Assembly: GCF_009914755.1 (NCBI RefSeq)
Contig: NC_060939.1
DNA length: 64,000 bases
Source: the human T2T-CHM13v2.0 reference genome, Homo sapiens
Reading direction: 5' to 3' (one strand)
Shown here: positions 14,341 through 31,970 of the stretch, one piece after another
Layout: each line of letters starts with the position of its first letter
How positions within the stretch are numbered: position 1 is the stretch's first letter
Translations under genes and position numbers: made by a program
Notes under the pieces: model-generated
What the model was told of the DNA's origin: nothing
The model's database searches: none
The model's input: the letters and a program-made list of their open reading frames with translations, nothing else

Positions 14341-15994
14341 TAAAGAACTATTTTGTATTTAGACCTACCAAAGTTCAAATGTTAACTATGGGTAATTTCT
14401 TTCACAAAGATGACATTTGAACCCAGGTCAGTTCTTCTGGCTTATCTTTAAAGATTTTGGCTTTCCCATTTCTGGGCTCTGGGGTGATCATGCCTCTGGT
14501 AACCCATTTCTGGGTTCCTGGAGGTGTGTAGGAACACCTGTGTTAGATCTCTTATCTTCCCTTGCTCTCTGGATTATTGACTCTCCTGAGCATTTTGCGT
14601 GACAAAAAATATCCTGAACATAATAACATGTCCCTGACAACCCTGGTTGTTTTGAGCTTTAGAACAACTGTAGCTTTGAAATGAAGTTGTCTTTTGGTTT
14701 TTTCCTCTTTTTTCTTTTCTCCATCCAAACCATGTTTATTTGGAAAGCTCTGGGTGCAGTGTCTGGCCGATAGTCCCCCATGCTCTTCGTCGTGTTCTTG
14801 AAGCTTTCATGCATCTCTTTGCCTTCATAGATATTCTCCTCCTGCACCCTTCCTGCCTTCTTCACCTAGGATGTACAGTGAATGGCGAAGCTGCTGCCTA
14901 AATCTCAAACATGCTGCCTCTCTTTAGGCTCCAGAGCTTGCTGTGCTGCAGGCACTAATATTATCTAGCCTGGCATCATTCATTCAGTCTGATGGGCTCT
15001 ATCCCTCTGTTTTTCAGTCATGGACGGATGGGAGATTTTTGAATCCTCTTGTATTGGGACGGCAGCCCTATAGATTCATTTTTAGAAGGTGACTCACTTT
15101 TCCTCTGTCTCTGCTTGTGGTCCTTTCTTGGCTTTAGGAGTTCTGGTAGTTCAGGATCTAGTTGTTAAAGCCCGCGGTTATGTTACTTGTTTCCCAACCT
15201 CTGGAGGATCCCTGTTCTCAGTAGATAAACGAGATCCACAATTAATGTTAAAAGAATTATTTTTCGTGGCATCATTGTCCTTTAGACTGTCCAGCCTTTA
15301 AGGTTCCCTTTTAATCAGAATGTCATGCAGCTGGTGGCTTCTATTCAGTGACCCTTTAGTTAGGACTAGTGCTGCTGATTGACTCTTCGATAATTTCAGT
15401 TGAGATGCTTTTGTTTGGTCATAAAATGACCATATTTTCTGGAGATCAGAAGCTGTCTTCTCTTTTCTTAAGGAAAAAGATATGCCCCACAAAAACCTCA
15501 GTTTTAAGGATTTCCAGACATTGGCTGCAAATGCCTGAAAAGAACAGAAAGATAATGCGTGTGGGAAACAATCAAGGTAAACATAGGCAATAAGGATGCC
15601 TGACCCTCAGTGGCATATGAAATTCCCACCTAAAAACATTCAGTCAGTGCAAAATAATTCAGTCTAGTTCTGGTGAAGTATTCCAACTCTGTACCACCTT
15701 CTAAAATTAAGGATCTAGGCAAGGTTATCACATCTCTGGTGTGCATTTGTTGAGAGAGTTACAGGGATGCAAGCATTTCAAAGCTAAAAATGCAGCATTC
15801 CTAGACAAACTGGATATCTGAGCATCCTAGATCTGGCATATTTAGTGCATATAAACTTTATCTTAAACTAGCTATTTAAACTAAAGCTTTTTAAAATAAG
15901 GAGGACAAGTCAGATCAAATGTCTTTATTTGTGAAAAACAAAATGAAGTGGATAATTTTTCCCTGTAACTTATTTTCAGTGAAGGGAAAAATAA

Positions 15995-16149
15995 CATCAT
16001 CCTTTGATATTTGCAGATTATTGGTTCCAGGACACCTTCCCCACACCCACCTCCATGGATATCAAAATTCGTGGATGCTCAAGCCTCTTATATAAAATGG
16101 CTTAGTACAGTTGGCCCTCCATATTCATGGATACAGAGGGCCAACTATA
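15995..16149. mobile_element. MER2/Tigger-family DNA transposon remnant
   Basis: ttggttccaggac...ggatatcaaaattcgtggatgctcaagcctcttatataaaatggc followed by TIR-like sequence. Confidence 0.7.
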
Positions 16150-19100
16150 GCAATAATCACCATTTTATGATTCTTATAAAGAAAGCAGAACTTCAAACTA
16201 TTTGAGAGAGGACCACTTTTCAGAAATTATAGGCACTGAATTTATTGCCAGCCAGTCATAGCTGTCCATCTGCTAATTCTCCCCCCATAGAAGGAGCAGC
16301 TGTCATTTCAGAAATGCTACAGTAGATAATAAGATAGGGTGCATTTCATCTTCAAATGCTTAAATCCCTGGGAAGAGCAGCAACAGCTCTTCTGACTGCA
16401 TGAATCTCTGATATTATTAACACAAAATGCCAAATGGATTCAGAGATCAGAAGCAAATGGATTCACTTTAAAAGGAAAAGCACTCAAGTTAGGTGTTGTA
16501 CATATTATAATAACCTGCATTTGCATAGATACAGGGACTGCCAAAGCCCTAGTCACACACAGAGATACTCTCCAAATCATAACCACCATAGAGTCCTGAA
16601 GACAAATACAATCACATGGGCTTCCCAAATCCACACAACCTATCTACACAAATGGAATGATTCATTGCCTCTACCTCCAAAACAGACAACAAACAAACCA
16701 AATTTTCCCCAAAATAAGAGCTTTCTTAAGTTCTGTATGTCTCACATTGGCCCAATTTCTCTCCAAATCTCTATGTTTAAATATTCTTAGATGTGGTCCT
16801 CCTTTGTGTGCTGTTTAACAGCCCAAATTTCAATCAGCAATTTCTACTGATTATTTCTTTGCATTTTTTCTTAGATGAATTCTTTTCTGTTCAGCCTACT
16901 GCCTCTACCCTTAGGTGTGTCCAAGTACACTGTTACTTAAAAATGACCACAGCCTCTTGCCTGGAGTTCTTAGTCAAGACACTTCTCCCTTCCATTCACC
17001 CTGCATATAGCTATCTGATTATTCTTTATAAGAAAAAAAAATTAGGATGAGGTAAGGAACCAATGAATGTAGTCAAAGTTGTGCTATGCATCCTAGAGCA
17101 TTTTAGATGTAGATGAAGATGTAGACATAGATACAGATGTGGATATGGTCATGCACACAGACATAGGTAGAGATAGAAGTATATGATATTTCTCTATAGG
17201 GATATCTAAAATAGCTATTTCATTCGATCCTCAAAATAAACCTAGGGGGAGATTTGACTTATTTATTTCACACATGAGAATGTTGACTCTCAAAGAGGTC
17301 TCAAATCCTATATCTGGTAGCAGCTTGGAGTTGGAACTAGGTCTTATTCAAATTTGGGCTTCTGGTTTCAGCACAAAACTTTATTTTTTTTATTCTTGGA
17401 AATTGTGATCTAAAATAGTATTTCTGCAAAGTGGTAATACGTGAGCCTTCTCCATGTAGATGTTGCCCCTGAACTTGGTTTCCATGGAGCATAGGGAAAG
17501 AAGATGTAGAGAGAGTTCATACAGAATTGCTGGCTGCTGGACACATGTATGCTTGCATTTTCATTTATACAAGCAGAAATGCTTTTAAAGGGCCTCAACT
17601 AATTTCGTCACAGTCAGTGTTACAAAGGAAAAAACAAATCCCCAGTGTTGATGAGAATCCAGGTCAAGGCAAGGAGAAATCACAGAGCAGTCAAAGAGAA
17701 TCCTGGGGCTCTGGGATGTTGTGCCTGCAAGTACCTTGATTTGAGAAAAGCAATTCATTTAAACACAGCAAATGTGCTTGGGAGCAAGTCTGGGCTGCCT
17801 GTTCCTTTCTGTTGCTATCGGCATTGAAAATCTGCTTCATATTTTACCTTCATCCTTGGTCACCAGGCAGAACTGATAAACTCTATTTCTAGATGTCATT
17901 GCTATTAAAAACAGAAAGGGAGAAAAAAAGCAGGCAAAGAATAAAAAATGCCAGAGAGGAACATGCACAAGACCTACCATTTATCAAGTCAAAATATTTT
18001 AATGGAGAAATCAGGATAAGTGATTAATCTGAAGATTTTTAGTTTCCAGTAAGTTGTAAGAAGGTCTGACAGGCAACAGGAAGCTAATATTTAAAGATAA
18101 TTTCAGGAACATGGAAATGAATAAGTGGTAAAAGGAGAAGACTGAAGACTGAACCTTCTTTTTACCTCCAATGTTTATTGAAAACACTGTGTTTCAAACA
18201 AAACAAAACAGAAATCATATCTGATTCTGCATATGAATGCTGGTAAATTTATTCTTTCCAAATTATTTATCCAATATCAACTCTTGACAGAGTTACTATA
18301 TTAGAGTTTTGATGGTGACCAAGAGACTATCACTGTCCCTGCCCCCAGGAGGCTCCTAGTCTAATTGGGAAGTCAAGAGAAATAAAAATAAAAATCCATC
18401 CAAAATGGTTTTATAAGGACTCTGATCAAGGGGGCCTCAGGATGTTATTGCAGCAAATAGGAGATAGATGCAATGGCCTGGAAAATCAGGGAAAGTTCCC
18501 CTGCAGATTGATCCCCTAAACGTTGAAGAGGTAGGGGTACATGAAGATGGAGGAGCCCCAGCCAAGACCTATGTATGATAAGATAGAATGGGTGATGTAT
18601 TGTGTACTGGTTTCTTAGGGCTGTTGCAGCACACTACAACAAACTGGGTGGCTTAAAACAACAGAAACTCATTTCACACTTCTGGAGGCCATAAGTCAAG
18701 TGGGAACTGTTAGCAATTCCACTGAGCTTGGGTGTGGAAGGACAATGGTGGAGGATTTGGGAGGAGTTGGGGGTGCTGGAGGTGTTGGGGATGCTGTGCT
18801 GATCCTCCCAATCTGTGGCACTTAGCTCATTGACCCTACTGAGTAAATAATACCTTAGCAGGACTACTGGGAATGTGTCCTGTGCAGGGGCTGCCCTTGG
18901 TAATCTCTGGTGGTTGTGGGTTTTTAGGATCACTCTGCCTGACAACTCAGCATCTCAGTTTCCTCACTGTGAGTGGCAGTCAATCCTTTCACTACCAGCT
19001 AGGTCACTTTTGTAAAGTAACTTGGTACTTTTGAATACGAACATCATCATTCCCCCAAATAAGGGAATGTATGATTTTGAGCTCATTATTGCTCTAATAT

Positions 19101-19681
19101 ACCATGATGATATAGTTGAAAAAGGCACTCTGATTCTCTTGGTAAATGTCAAGCAGTGCAATAGAAGAGAGAGAACAGGGTTAGAAGCAAATAAATCTGG
19201 GGGGAAAGCCTAGCTCCTTCTTATGGCCTAGATCTCCAGCCATTTAATAATTTATAAGCCTCACTCTCTTCATTGGGGTGTTCTAATGTCTACCTTGCAG
19301 AGTTATTGAACCAGCTGGAAATATCATATGTAACACACCAAGTATGATAGATTGAATGCAACTTAATTATCTGTAGAACTGAAGAACGCATAGCCTAGAG
19401 AAATTTATTAAATGTATTCCCCATGGATGTATATAATGGGGAACTACATTTTCCAACTTTGTCTTAAAACTCTGATAATCTGATAGCAAGTCAAATATGG
19501 TTTCTAGTTCATTTGGGGGTTGTGAATAATTATGATACTTTGGAGCTTAAAGGACAGATCTACAGCTTTCTAGACATCTGAAATTGATGCCAATTGGGAA
19601 GAAATCAGAGGAAAGTTTTGAAGTCATTAGTTTAATTGTTTATCTTGTGGAGCTTTATTTTCTCAAGTTATTTTCTTCTGA

Positions 19682-19930
<249 letters not shown>

Positions 19931-19981
19931 TAGACAATGACCAAAAACCTATGTATGACAAGATAGAATGGAGGATGCATG

Positions 19982-20434
19982 GTGCATTGACTTCCTGGGC
20001 TGCTGTACCAAACTGCCACAACTGGGTAGCTTTGTGTAATGCAAGAGAAACTTATCTCACATTTCTGGAGGTGTGAGTCTGGAATCAGGGTGTTGGCAGG
20101 ATCATGCCCACTCTGATGGCTCTAAGGAATAATCCTTCTTTGTCTGTTCCAGCTTCTGGTGGTTGCTAGCAATCTTTAGCATTCCTGGGCTTGTGGCAGT
20201 GTAACTCTAATCTTTGCCTCTGTCTTCACAAGGCCATCTTCCCTCTGTGTCCAAGTTGCCCTCTTCTAATAAGGACATTAGTCATTGTATTAGGGCTTAT
20301 TCTAATTAAGTATGGCCTCATCATAGTTTTATCATACCTGCAAAGACCCTGTTTCCAAGTAAGGTTACATTCACAAGTACCAGGGATTAGAACTTGAATA
20401 CATCTTTTGGGGGGACACAATTGACCCCACAACA
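19982..20434 (-). mobile_element. MLT1B/C-type MaLR solo LTR
   Basis: Ends ...ggggacacaattgaccccacaaca, with typical ctgcaaagaccctgtttccaagtaaggttacattcac. Confidence 0.8.
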
Positions 20435-21156
20435 AAGGCAAACCCCCAGCGTAGTAGTCATTGGTAAAAACTGGGCAAAAAATCATATTTCATTCCATAT
20501 CCTGAGTCTTCATTTTTCTGGTATCTCAGTTATTGCATAAGATAGAAAATGTATATACCTATTAAATAGTGTTTGGAACGAAATCCTCTAGGTGTTTATG
20601 TTCAACTAATACTTACTATATTCCAAATTTTATTCTGGCACTGCCCCAGGGATTTTTATATCTAGGCTGTTTTCCCAAGCCTCTAGTACTATACAATTGA
20701 TTGAAAAAACACTATTTGAAACCAGAGGACTTGGCTCAAGATAATAAAGAGAAAATGGCAGCCAAGTAACCATATGAAAATGCTCATTTATTAACTACAA
20801 ACTGTGAACATACCTGTCTACAAACATGTAGAGGGACATACGTCCAAATTCAGAGTCCTTACCTAACCTAACAAACTTAAAATAGAGTGAAGAAGCTCAC
20901 ATACTGGCCAAATCAATTAATCATCTCTACCTTTAGCCACTTTTTGAACATCTACTATGTGACAAAAAGGTGGCACATTCAATGAATATTTATTTTTAAA
21001 ATGGATGAATATATAATGTAGAATCTTATTTAAATCTCAAAAGAGATGAACAAGTAAACTGATTTCAATGAGATCACCCAGAGGTGTATGGCAGAGTGGG
21101 AATTCAGTTCTGATATGTTTTTCTACCCTGCAACATAGCCTCTCTTCATTACTTAC

Positions 21157-21750
21157 TGTTGAAAGCGTGTGTTGGGGAGCTCCATGACTATCCGCAGGCT
21201 CAGTGATTCCTTAGAAGGACTCACAGGACTCAGAATAGCAGTTATATTCATAATTACAGTGTATTACCTTCAGAGGACACAGATTAAAATCAGAAAAGGT
21301 AAATGGCATTCATGGCAGAGTACAGGAGAGACAAGGTACAAATTTCCAGGTATCCTTGCCCAGTAGAGATACACAGACAGTGCTTGACTCTCCAGCAACA
21401 ATATGGGTTGCCAACCAGGAAACCTCACTTAGCTCTGGTGTCCAGGGTTTTTGTTGGGGGGTCAGTTATGTAGCCATCAAATATCCTACGTGGCTGATCT
21501 TAGTTACTCTGTCTCCCATCTCTCCAGAGGTCAAATTGATATCTCATGGTCCTAGAGCCCCACCATAAGTCACATTGTTAGCATCAACCATCTGGCATGG
21601 CCCAAGTCCCAAGGTAAAGAAAGATCTGTTATCCAGCAGAATATTCCAAGAGTGTGAAGTTTATTTCCTAGGAGTCATTCAAGGGACAGATCTTATTTCA
21701 GAGTGTGCAGGATTTGAACCCTCTAGTCTTGCTGAGTCAATCTTTTTTTG
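21157..21750. mobile_element. MER21-family LTR fragment
   Basis: gaaggactcacaggactcag...aaaatcagaaaagg signature. Confidence 0.6.
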
Positions 21751-21795
21751 CTTAGAGAACAAAGTGGATTCTTTTCTCTTAAGAATCCTCATTCT

Positions 21796-23450
21796 GAAAG
21801 TCCTAGCCAGAGCAATCAGGCAAGAGAAAGAAATAAAGGGCATCCAAATTGGAAAAGAGGAAATCAAATTATTTCTGTTTGCTAATGATATGATCATATA
21901 CCTAGGAAACCCTACAGACTCCCTCAATAGACTCTTACATTTGATAACTGAATTCAGTAAAGTCTCAGGCTACAAAATCAATGTACACTAATCAATAGCA
22001 CTGCTGTATACCAATAACAACCAGCTGAGAATAAAATCAAGAACTCCGTTTTATTAACAATAGCTACAAAAAAAAAATACCCAGGAATATATTTAACAAG
22101 GAAGGTAAAAGATCACTACAACAAGAACCACAAAACACTGATAAAAGAAATCAGACATGACACCGACAAATGGAAAAATATCCCATGCTCATGGATAGGA
22201 AGAATCAATATTTTGAAAATCACTATATTTCCCAAAGTGATCTACAGATTTAATGCAATTCCTATCAAAATACTAACATCATTTTTCACAGAATTAGAAA
22301 AAACAATCCTAAAATTTATATGGAACCAAAAAATAGCTGAAACCTTAGCAAAAAGAATAATCTGAAGGCATCACATTACTGGATTTCAAGTTATACTACC
22401 AGTCTATATTTACCAAATCAGCATGGCACTGGTATAAAAGTAGGCACATAGACCAATGGAACAGAATAGAGAACCCAGAGATAAAGCCAGCCACCTACAA
22501 TTAACTAATCTTTGACCAAGTAGAAAAAATATATATTCAGTAAATGACGCTGGGAAAATTGGATAGCCACATGTAGAAGAATGAACCTGGATCCCTGTCT
22601 CTCACCAAATACAAAAATTAACTCAAGATGAATTAAAGACTTAAATCTAAGATCTGAGTCTGTAAAAATTTTCAAAGAAAACCTACGAAAAACTCTTCTG
22701 GATATAGGCATAGGCAAATAATTTATGGTGAAGACTCCAATTTATGGTGAAGACAACAGAAACAAAAATAAATAAATGGGACCTAATTAAACTAAGTACC
22801 TTTTGCATGGCAAAAGAAATAACAGAGTAAACAGACAACCTACAGAATGGGAGAAAATGTTTGCAAACTATACATCTGATAAAAGACTAATATCCAAAAT
22901 CTACAAGAAACTCAAACAAATCAGCAAGACAAAAAAGAAATAATGTTATTAAAATGTGGTTAAATGACGTGAACAGATATTTCTCAAAAGAAGTTATATG
23001 AGTGACCAAGAAACATGAGAAAATGCTCAACGTCACTAATTATCAGGGATATGTAAATTAAAACTGCAGTGAGATACCACTTTACCCCAGTAAGAATGGC
23101 CGTTTTTAAAAGATCAAAAACAACAGATGTAGGCATGGATGCAGTCAAAAGGGAATGCTTATACACTACCAATGGGAATGTATGTTAGTACAACCTCTAT
23201 GAAAAACAGTATGGTGATTTCTCAAAGAACTAAAAGGAGATCTACTATTTGATCCAGCAATCCCACTACTGGGTATCTACCCAAAGGAATAAAAAAGTTA
23301 TTGTATTAAAAATATACCTGCACATATATGTTTATTGCAGCATAATTCATAATTGCCCAAAGATATGGAATCAACCTAAGTCCCCATCAATTGATGAGTG
23401 GATGAAGAAAATGTGGCATATATAAATATGCACACAGATATGTTTGTGTC

Positions 23451-23496
<46 letters not shown>

Positions 23497-23924
23497 GAGT
23501 ATATATATGTATATAGTGTATATATATATAAATACACAGTATATATATATATTTATACACAGATGCACATATACATATACCATGGAATACTACTCAACCT
23601 TAAAAAGAATGAATTAATATTTTTTGCAGCAACTTGAATGGAACTGGAGGCCATTATCCTATGTGAAGTAACCCAGGAATGAAATATCACATGTTCTCAT
23701 TAAGTGGGATAAGCTACGGGTATGCAAAGGCATACAGACTGGTATAATGGACACTTGGAGAAACAGAAGGGGGTTGGTGGGAGTGGAGTGAAATGAAAAA
23801 TTACCTGTTGGGTACAATGTACACTATTCAGGTGATAGGTACACTTAAAGGGGACTTTACCACTATAGAATTCATCCACATAACCAAAAACTACTAAAGC
23901 TATTGAAATTACAAAGTTAAAAAC
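21796..23924 (+). mobile_element. 5'-truncated L1PB-type element (RT/C-terminal ORF2 and 3'UTR)
   Basis: [29 protein letters not shown] in the ORF track; L1PB-like 3' end; degraded TSD aagaatcctcattct (21781-21795) / aagaatactggttct (23925-23939). Confidence 0.85.
23451..23580. repeat. (TG)n(TA)16(CA)n compound microsatellite inside the L1PB
   Basis: Pure TA run at 23459-23490 with degenerate TA/CA flanks. Confidence 0.95.
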
Positions 23925-24805
23925 AAGAATACTGGTTCTACACTGCTGAAAATGTACAATCTTTTCATTCTGACCTTCTCCCTCCTCCAATCTTAGAAGG
24001 CACTGTAATCTCTGCAGTCTACCCTCTGGAAGCAAGCACATGGCCTGCACAGCAGGTCACAATTTGAAAAAAGTATGTTTCTCTGAGTAGAAAGCTTTAG
24101 CTTCTAAGAGGAGAGACAGAGAGTGGGACTTAAAAGGAAGAAATCCCTATATAATACACATTTAAACACGCACACATTCAATCCACAACAAAACAGAATT
24201 CCTCTCTGCTCTGACAACCTCTAATTGAAGAGCAGAACATTTATTTTAAAGCATGACAGGTGAAAGCCTTGTTTAAAAATATAAATAAACATTAATTAGC
24301 TATAAACATGACAGCCACAGACATGTTTCCTGCTGGGACCATCTGAGAGGTGGGTGAGAAACAGCTGAGCACTAAATGCTGTTCACAGTGTTACAAAGCT
24401 CTCTAATGGGCTCAACATCACCTTTTAGTTACCTAGGAGGCTATATTTAATGAGTCTCCTGCTGGCAGCAGAAGCGCTGCCACTCACTCAGCACTCAGGC
24501 CTATCCTGTACTGGGAAGATTTCCACTGCGACGAGATTAACTGTGACTCTGCCCAAATTCTGGCTCTTATGAAAATGTTTTCTGAAGCACTGGGAAGCCA
24601 CTTTATGGTGGCTAGGAAGATCCACCGGTTCTAGATACTATTCAGCCATTTGCTTATTGGTGAGTGGATTAATATGACTCCCAGGACCAAAAAGAATGTG
24701 GTACTGTGAGAAAAAGCAGTACTCTGAGAGCGCTGAGCATTGCTAAATACCAGACAAGTCATTCACTTTATAGTGAATATGGCAATATTCACATATTGTG
24801 TAATT

Positions 24806-24902
24806 CCTCCACTCATCCATATATCTGTCCATCCACTCACCTAGCCATCCATCATCCATTCATCCATCCAACCACTTATCCATCCACCCACCCATCCACC
24901 CA
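24806..24902. repeat. Degenerate (CCAT/CCAC)n repeat
   Basis: Visible tetranucleotide periodicity next to an L2 tail. Confidence 0.8.
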
Positions 24903-25010
24903 ATGTAGGCAGTCATTCATTTCTTCATTCACTTGCATCATATATGTATAATTAGGGTGCTACGTGTCAGGGATACAAAGAAAATATTTTATTTAAGATT
25001 GTCCTTTTCT

Positions 25011-25918
25011 GGGGGGAGGAGCCAAGATGGCCGAATAGGAACAGCTCCGGTCTACAGCTCCCAGCGTGAGCGACGCAGAAGACGGGTGATTTCTGCATTT
25101 CCATCTGAGGTACCGGGTTCATCTCACTAGGGAGTGCCAGACAGTGGGCGCAGGCCAGTGGGTGCACGCACCGGGCGCGAACCGAAGCAGGGCGAGGCAT
25201 TGCCTCACCTGGGAAGCGCAAGGGGTCAGGGAGTTCCCTCTCCGAGTCAAAGAAAGGGGTGACGGATGCACCTGGAAAATCAGGTCACTCCCACCCGAAT
25301 ATTGCGCTTTTCAGACCTGCTTAAAAAACGGCGCACCACGAGACTATATCCCACACCTGGCTCGGAGGGTCCTACACCCACGGAATCTCGCTGATTGCTA
25401 GCACAGCAGTCTGAGATCAAACTGCAAGGTGGCAGCGAGGCTGGGGGAGGGGCGCCCGCCATTGCCCAGGCTTGCTTAGGTAAACAAAGCAGCCAGGAAG
25501 CTCGAACTGGGTGGAGCCCACCACAGCTCAAGGAGGCCTGCCTGCCTCTGTAGGCTCCACCTCTGGGGGCAGGGCACAGACAAACAAAAAGACAGCAGTA
25601 ACCTCTGCAGACTTAAATGTCCCTGTCTGACAGCTTTGAAGAGAGCAGTGGTTCTCCCAGCACGCAGCTGGAGATCTGAGAATGAGCAGACTACCTCCTC
25701 AAGTGGGTCCCTGACCCCTGACCCCCGAGCAGCCTAACTGGGAGGCACCCCCCCAGCAGGGGCACACTGACACCTCACACGGCAGGGTATTCCAACAGAC
25801 CTGCAGCTGAGGGTCCTGTCTGTTAGAAGGAAAACTAACAAACAGAAAGGACATCCACACCGAAAACCCATCTGTACATCACCATCATCAAAGACCAAAA
25901 GTAGATAAAACCACAAAG
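25011..25918 (+). promoter_or_regulatory. L1PA2 5'UTR: CpG-rich internal sense promoter and antisense promoter
   Basis: Intact YY1 site CAAGATGGCCG at about 25023-25033, SOX-type AAACAAA motifs, and many retained CpGs compared with the flanks. Confidence 0.8.
25280..25462 (-). pseudogene. L1 ORF0, truncated to 60 aa (MAGAPPPASLPPCSLISD...RVGVT*)
   Basis: Matches primate L1 ORF0 starting at ATG 25462. A CGA>TGA change stops it before the usual 71 aa. Confidence 0.85.
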
Positions 25919-26933
25919 ATGGGGAAAAAACAGAACAGAAAAACTGGAAACTAAAACGCAGAGCGCCTCTCCTCCTCCAAAGGAACGCAGTTCCTCACCA
26001 GCAACGGAACAAAGCTGGATGGAGAATGACTTTGACGAGCTGAGAGAAGAAGGTTTCAGACGATCAAATTACTCTGAGCTACGGGAGGACATTCAAACCA
26101 AAGGCAAAGAAGTTGAAAACTTTGAAAAAAATTTAGAAGAATGTATAAGTAGAATAACCAATACAGAGAAGTGCTTAAAGGAGCCGATGGAGCTGAAAAC
26201 CAAGGCTCGAGAACTACGTGAAGAATGCAGAAGCCTCAGGAGCCGATGCGATCAACTGGAAGAAAGGGTATCAACGATGGAAGATGAAATGAATGAAATG
26301 AAGCGAGAAGGGAAGTTTAGAGAAAAAAGAATAAAAAGAAATGAGCAAAGCCTCCAAGAAATATGGGACTATGTGAAAAGACCAAATCTACGTCTGATTG
26401 GTGTACCTGAAAGTGATGCGGAGAATGGAACCAAATTGGAAAACACTCTGCAGGATATTATCCAGGAGAACTTCCCCAATCTAACAAGGCAGGCCAACGT
26501 TCAGATTCAGGAAATACAGAGAACGCCACAAAGATACTCCTCGAGAAGAGCAACTCCAAGACACATAATTGTCAGATTCACCAAAGTTGAAATGAAGGAA
26601 AAAATGTTAAGAGCAGCCAGAGAGAAAGGTCAGGTTACCCTCAAAGGGAAGCCCATCAGACTAACAGCGGATCTCTCGGCAGAAACCCTGCAAGCCAGAA
26701 GAGACTGGGGGCCAATATTCAACATTCTTAAAGAAAAGAATTTTCAACCCAGAATTTCATATCCAGCCAAACTAAGCTTCATAAGTGAAGGAGAAATAAA
26801 ATACTTTACAGACAAGCAAATGCTGAGAGATTTTGTCACCACCAGGCCTGCCCTAAAAGAGGTCCTGAAGGAAGTGCTAAACATGGAAAGGAACAACCGG
26901 TACCAGCCGCTGCAAAATCATGCCAAAATGTAA
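25919..26933 (+). pseudogene. L1PA2 ORF1 with a 2-bp deletion; the distal 304 aa (26019-26933) remain open
   Basis: ATG GGG AAA AAA CAG AAC AGA AAA ACT GGA AAC TAA, where the consensus reads AAC TCT AAA. The ORF track recovers ORF1p from Met35. Confidence 0.9.
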
Positions 26934-26969
26934 AGACCATCGAGACTAGGAAGAAACTGCATCGACTAA

Positions 26970-30823
<3,854 letters not shown>

Positions 30824-31559
30824 ACAATGAGATCACATGGACACAGGAAGGGGAATATCACACTCTGGGGACTGTGGTGGGGTGGGGGGAGGGGGGAGGG
30901 GTAGCATTGGGAGATATACCTAATGCTAGATGACGAGTTAGTGGGTGCAGCGCACCAGCATGGCACATGTATACATATGTAACTAACCTGCACAATGTGC
31001 ACATGTACCCTAAAACTTAAAGTATAATAAAAAAAAAAAAAAAAAAAAAAAGATTGTCCTTTTCTTTGAGGAACCCAGATTTTACTTTGGTAGAAAGTAG
31101 AGTCAGGTCTACAAGGAAACTGGAGTGGTAGAAAATAGTAAGCACTGTAACAAAGGCCCATGTGAGCTTTGATAGGAACATAGATGAAGGGTTGAGTCAT
31201 TTTCTCTCAGGGTTATGGAAAAGCCAGAGATTAGAAGTACCATTTGAGCTGGACTTGCATGAAGAAGAGTTTCCCTTGGATTTTATTCTAGTAAGGCTGA
31301 GAAATATTCTTTCCTCAAAGAATCTGTAGGCCTATGATCTCTTGGGTCTTCTGCCCTGTGAAATTGAAAGTCCAGGAGTTTTCTGTGCTTGGGGTTACTA
31401 CACAGGGCAAAGGAAAAGAAGCTTCTCATTTGATGGGTCGCAGAGATTCATTTGATATCACACAGACCTTCTTGTGACTCCATTCCCATTTTCTTTAACC
31501 CAGGTTTTCTGTCTCTTTTGTTTGTTAGAGAGTCCAGATGTTAGATACAGAAGCCCAGA

Positions 31560-31970
31560 CACAGCAAAGTTTGGTATATTTATGCACTGGAATATTATTC
31601 AGTAACTAAAACCAAAACTAAACCAAAAAATGAACTATGATATAGTCAATAACGTGGGTGAATCTCATAAACATTATATTGAGTGAAAGAAGCTAGACAC
31701 TAAAGACTACATACTCTATTCTCTATGTGTCTGTTTATGTAAAGTATAAGATCAGTAAAAGTAATTTATGGGGACATAAATTGAACAGTGTTTGCCTCTG
31801 AGGAAGAGCATTGAATAGTAGGGGTCAGGAGGGAACTTTATAGGTTAGCAGAGATGTTCAATATCATGATCAGAGTCGGTTACACAAAAACTCATTGAAC
31901 TATATATTCAGGATCTGCGTTTTTCACTCTAGGTACACATTTACCTAAATGCAGAAAATTAAAATTAAAG
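31560..31970 (+). mobile_element. L1ME-type 3' fragment
   Basis: ggaatattattcag...gaatctcataaacattatattgagtgaaagaagctagacac. Confidence 0.7.

Noticed and set aside
30866-30905. G-quadruplex-like G-rich tract
   Set aside because: It is the ordinary L1 3'UTR polypurine tract present in all young L1s.
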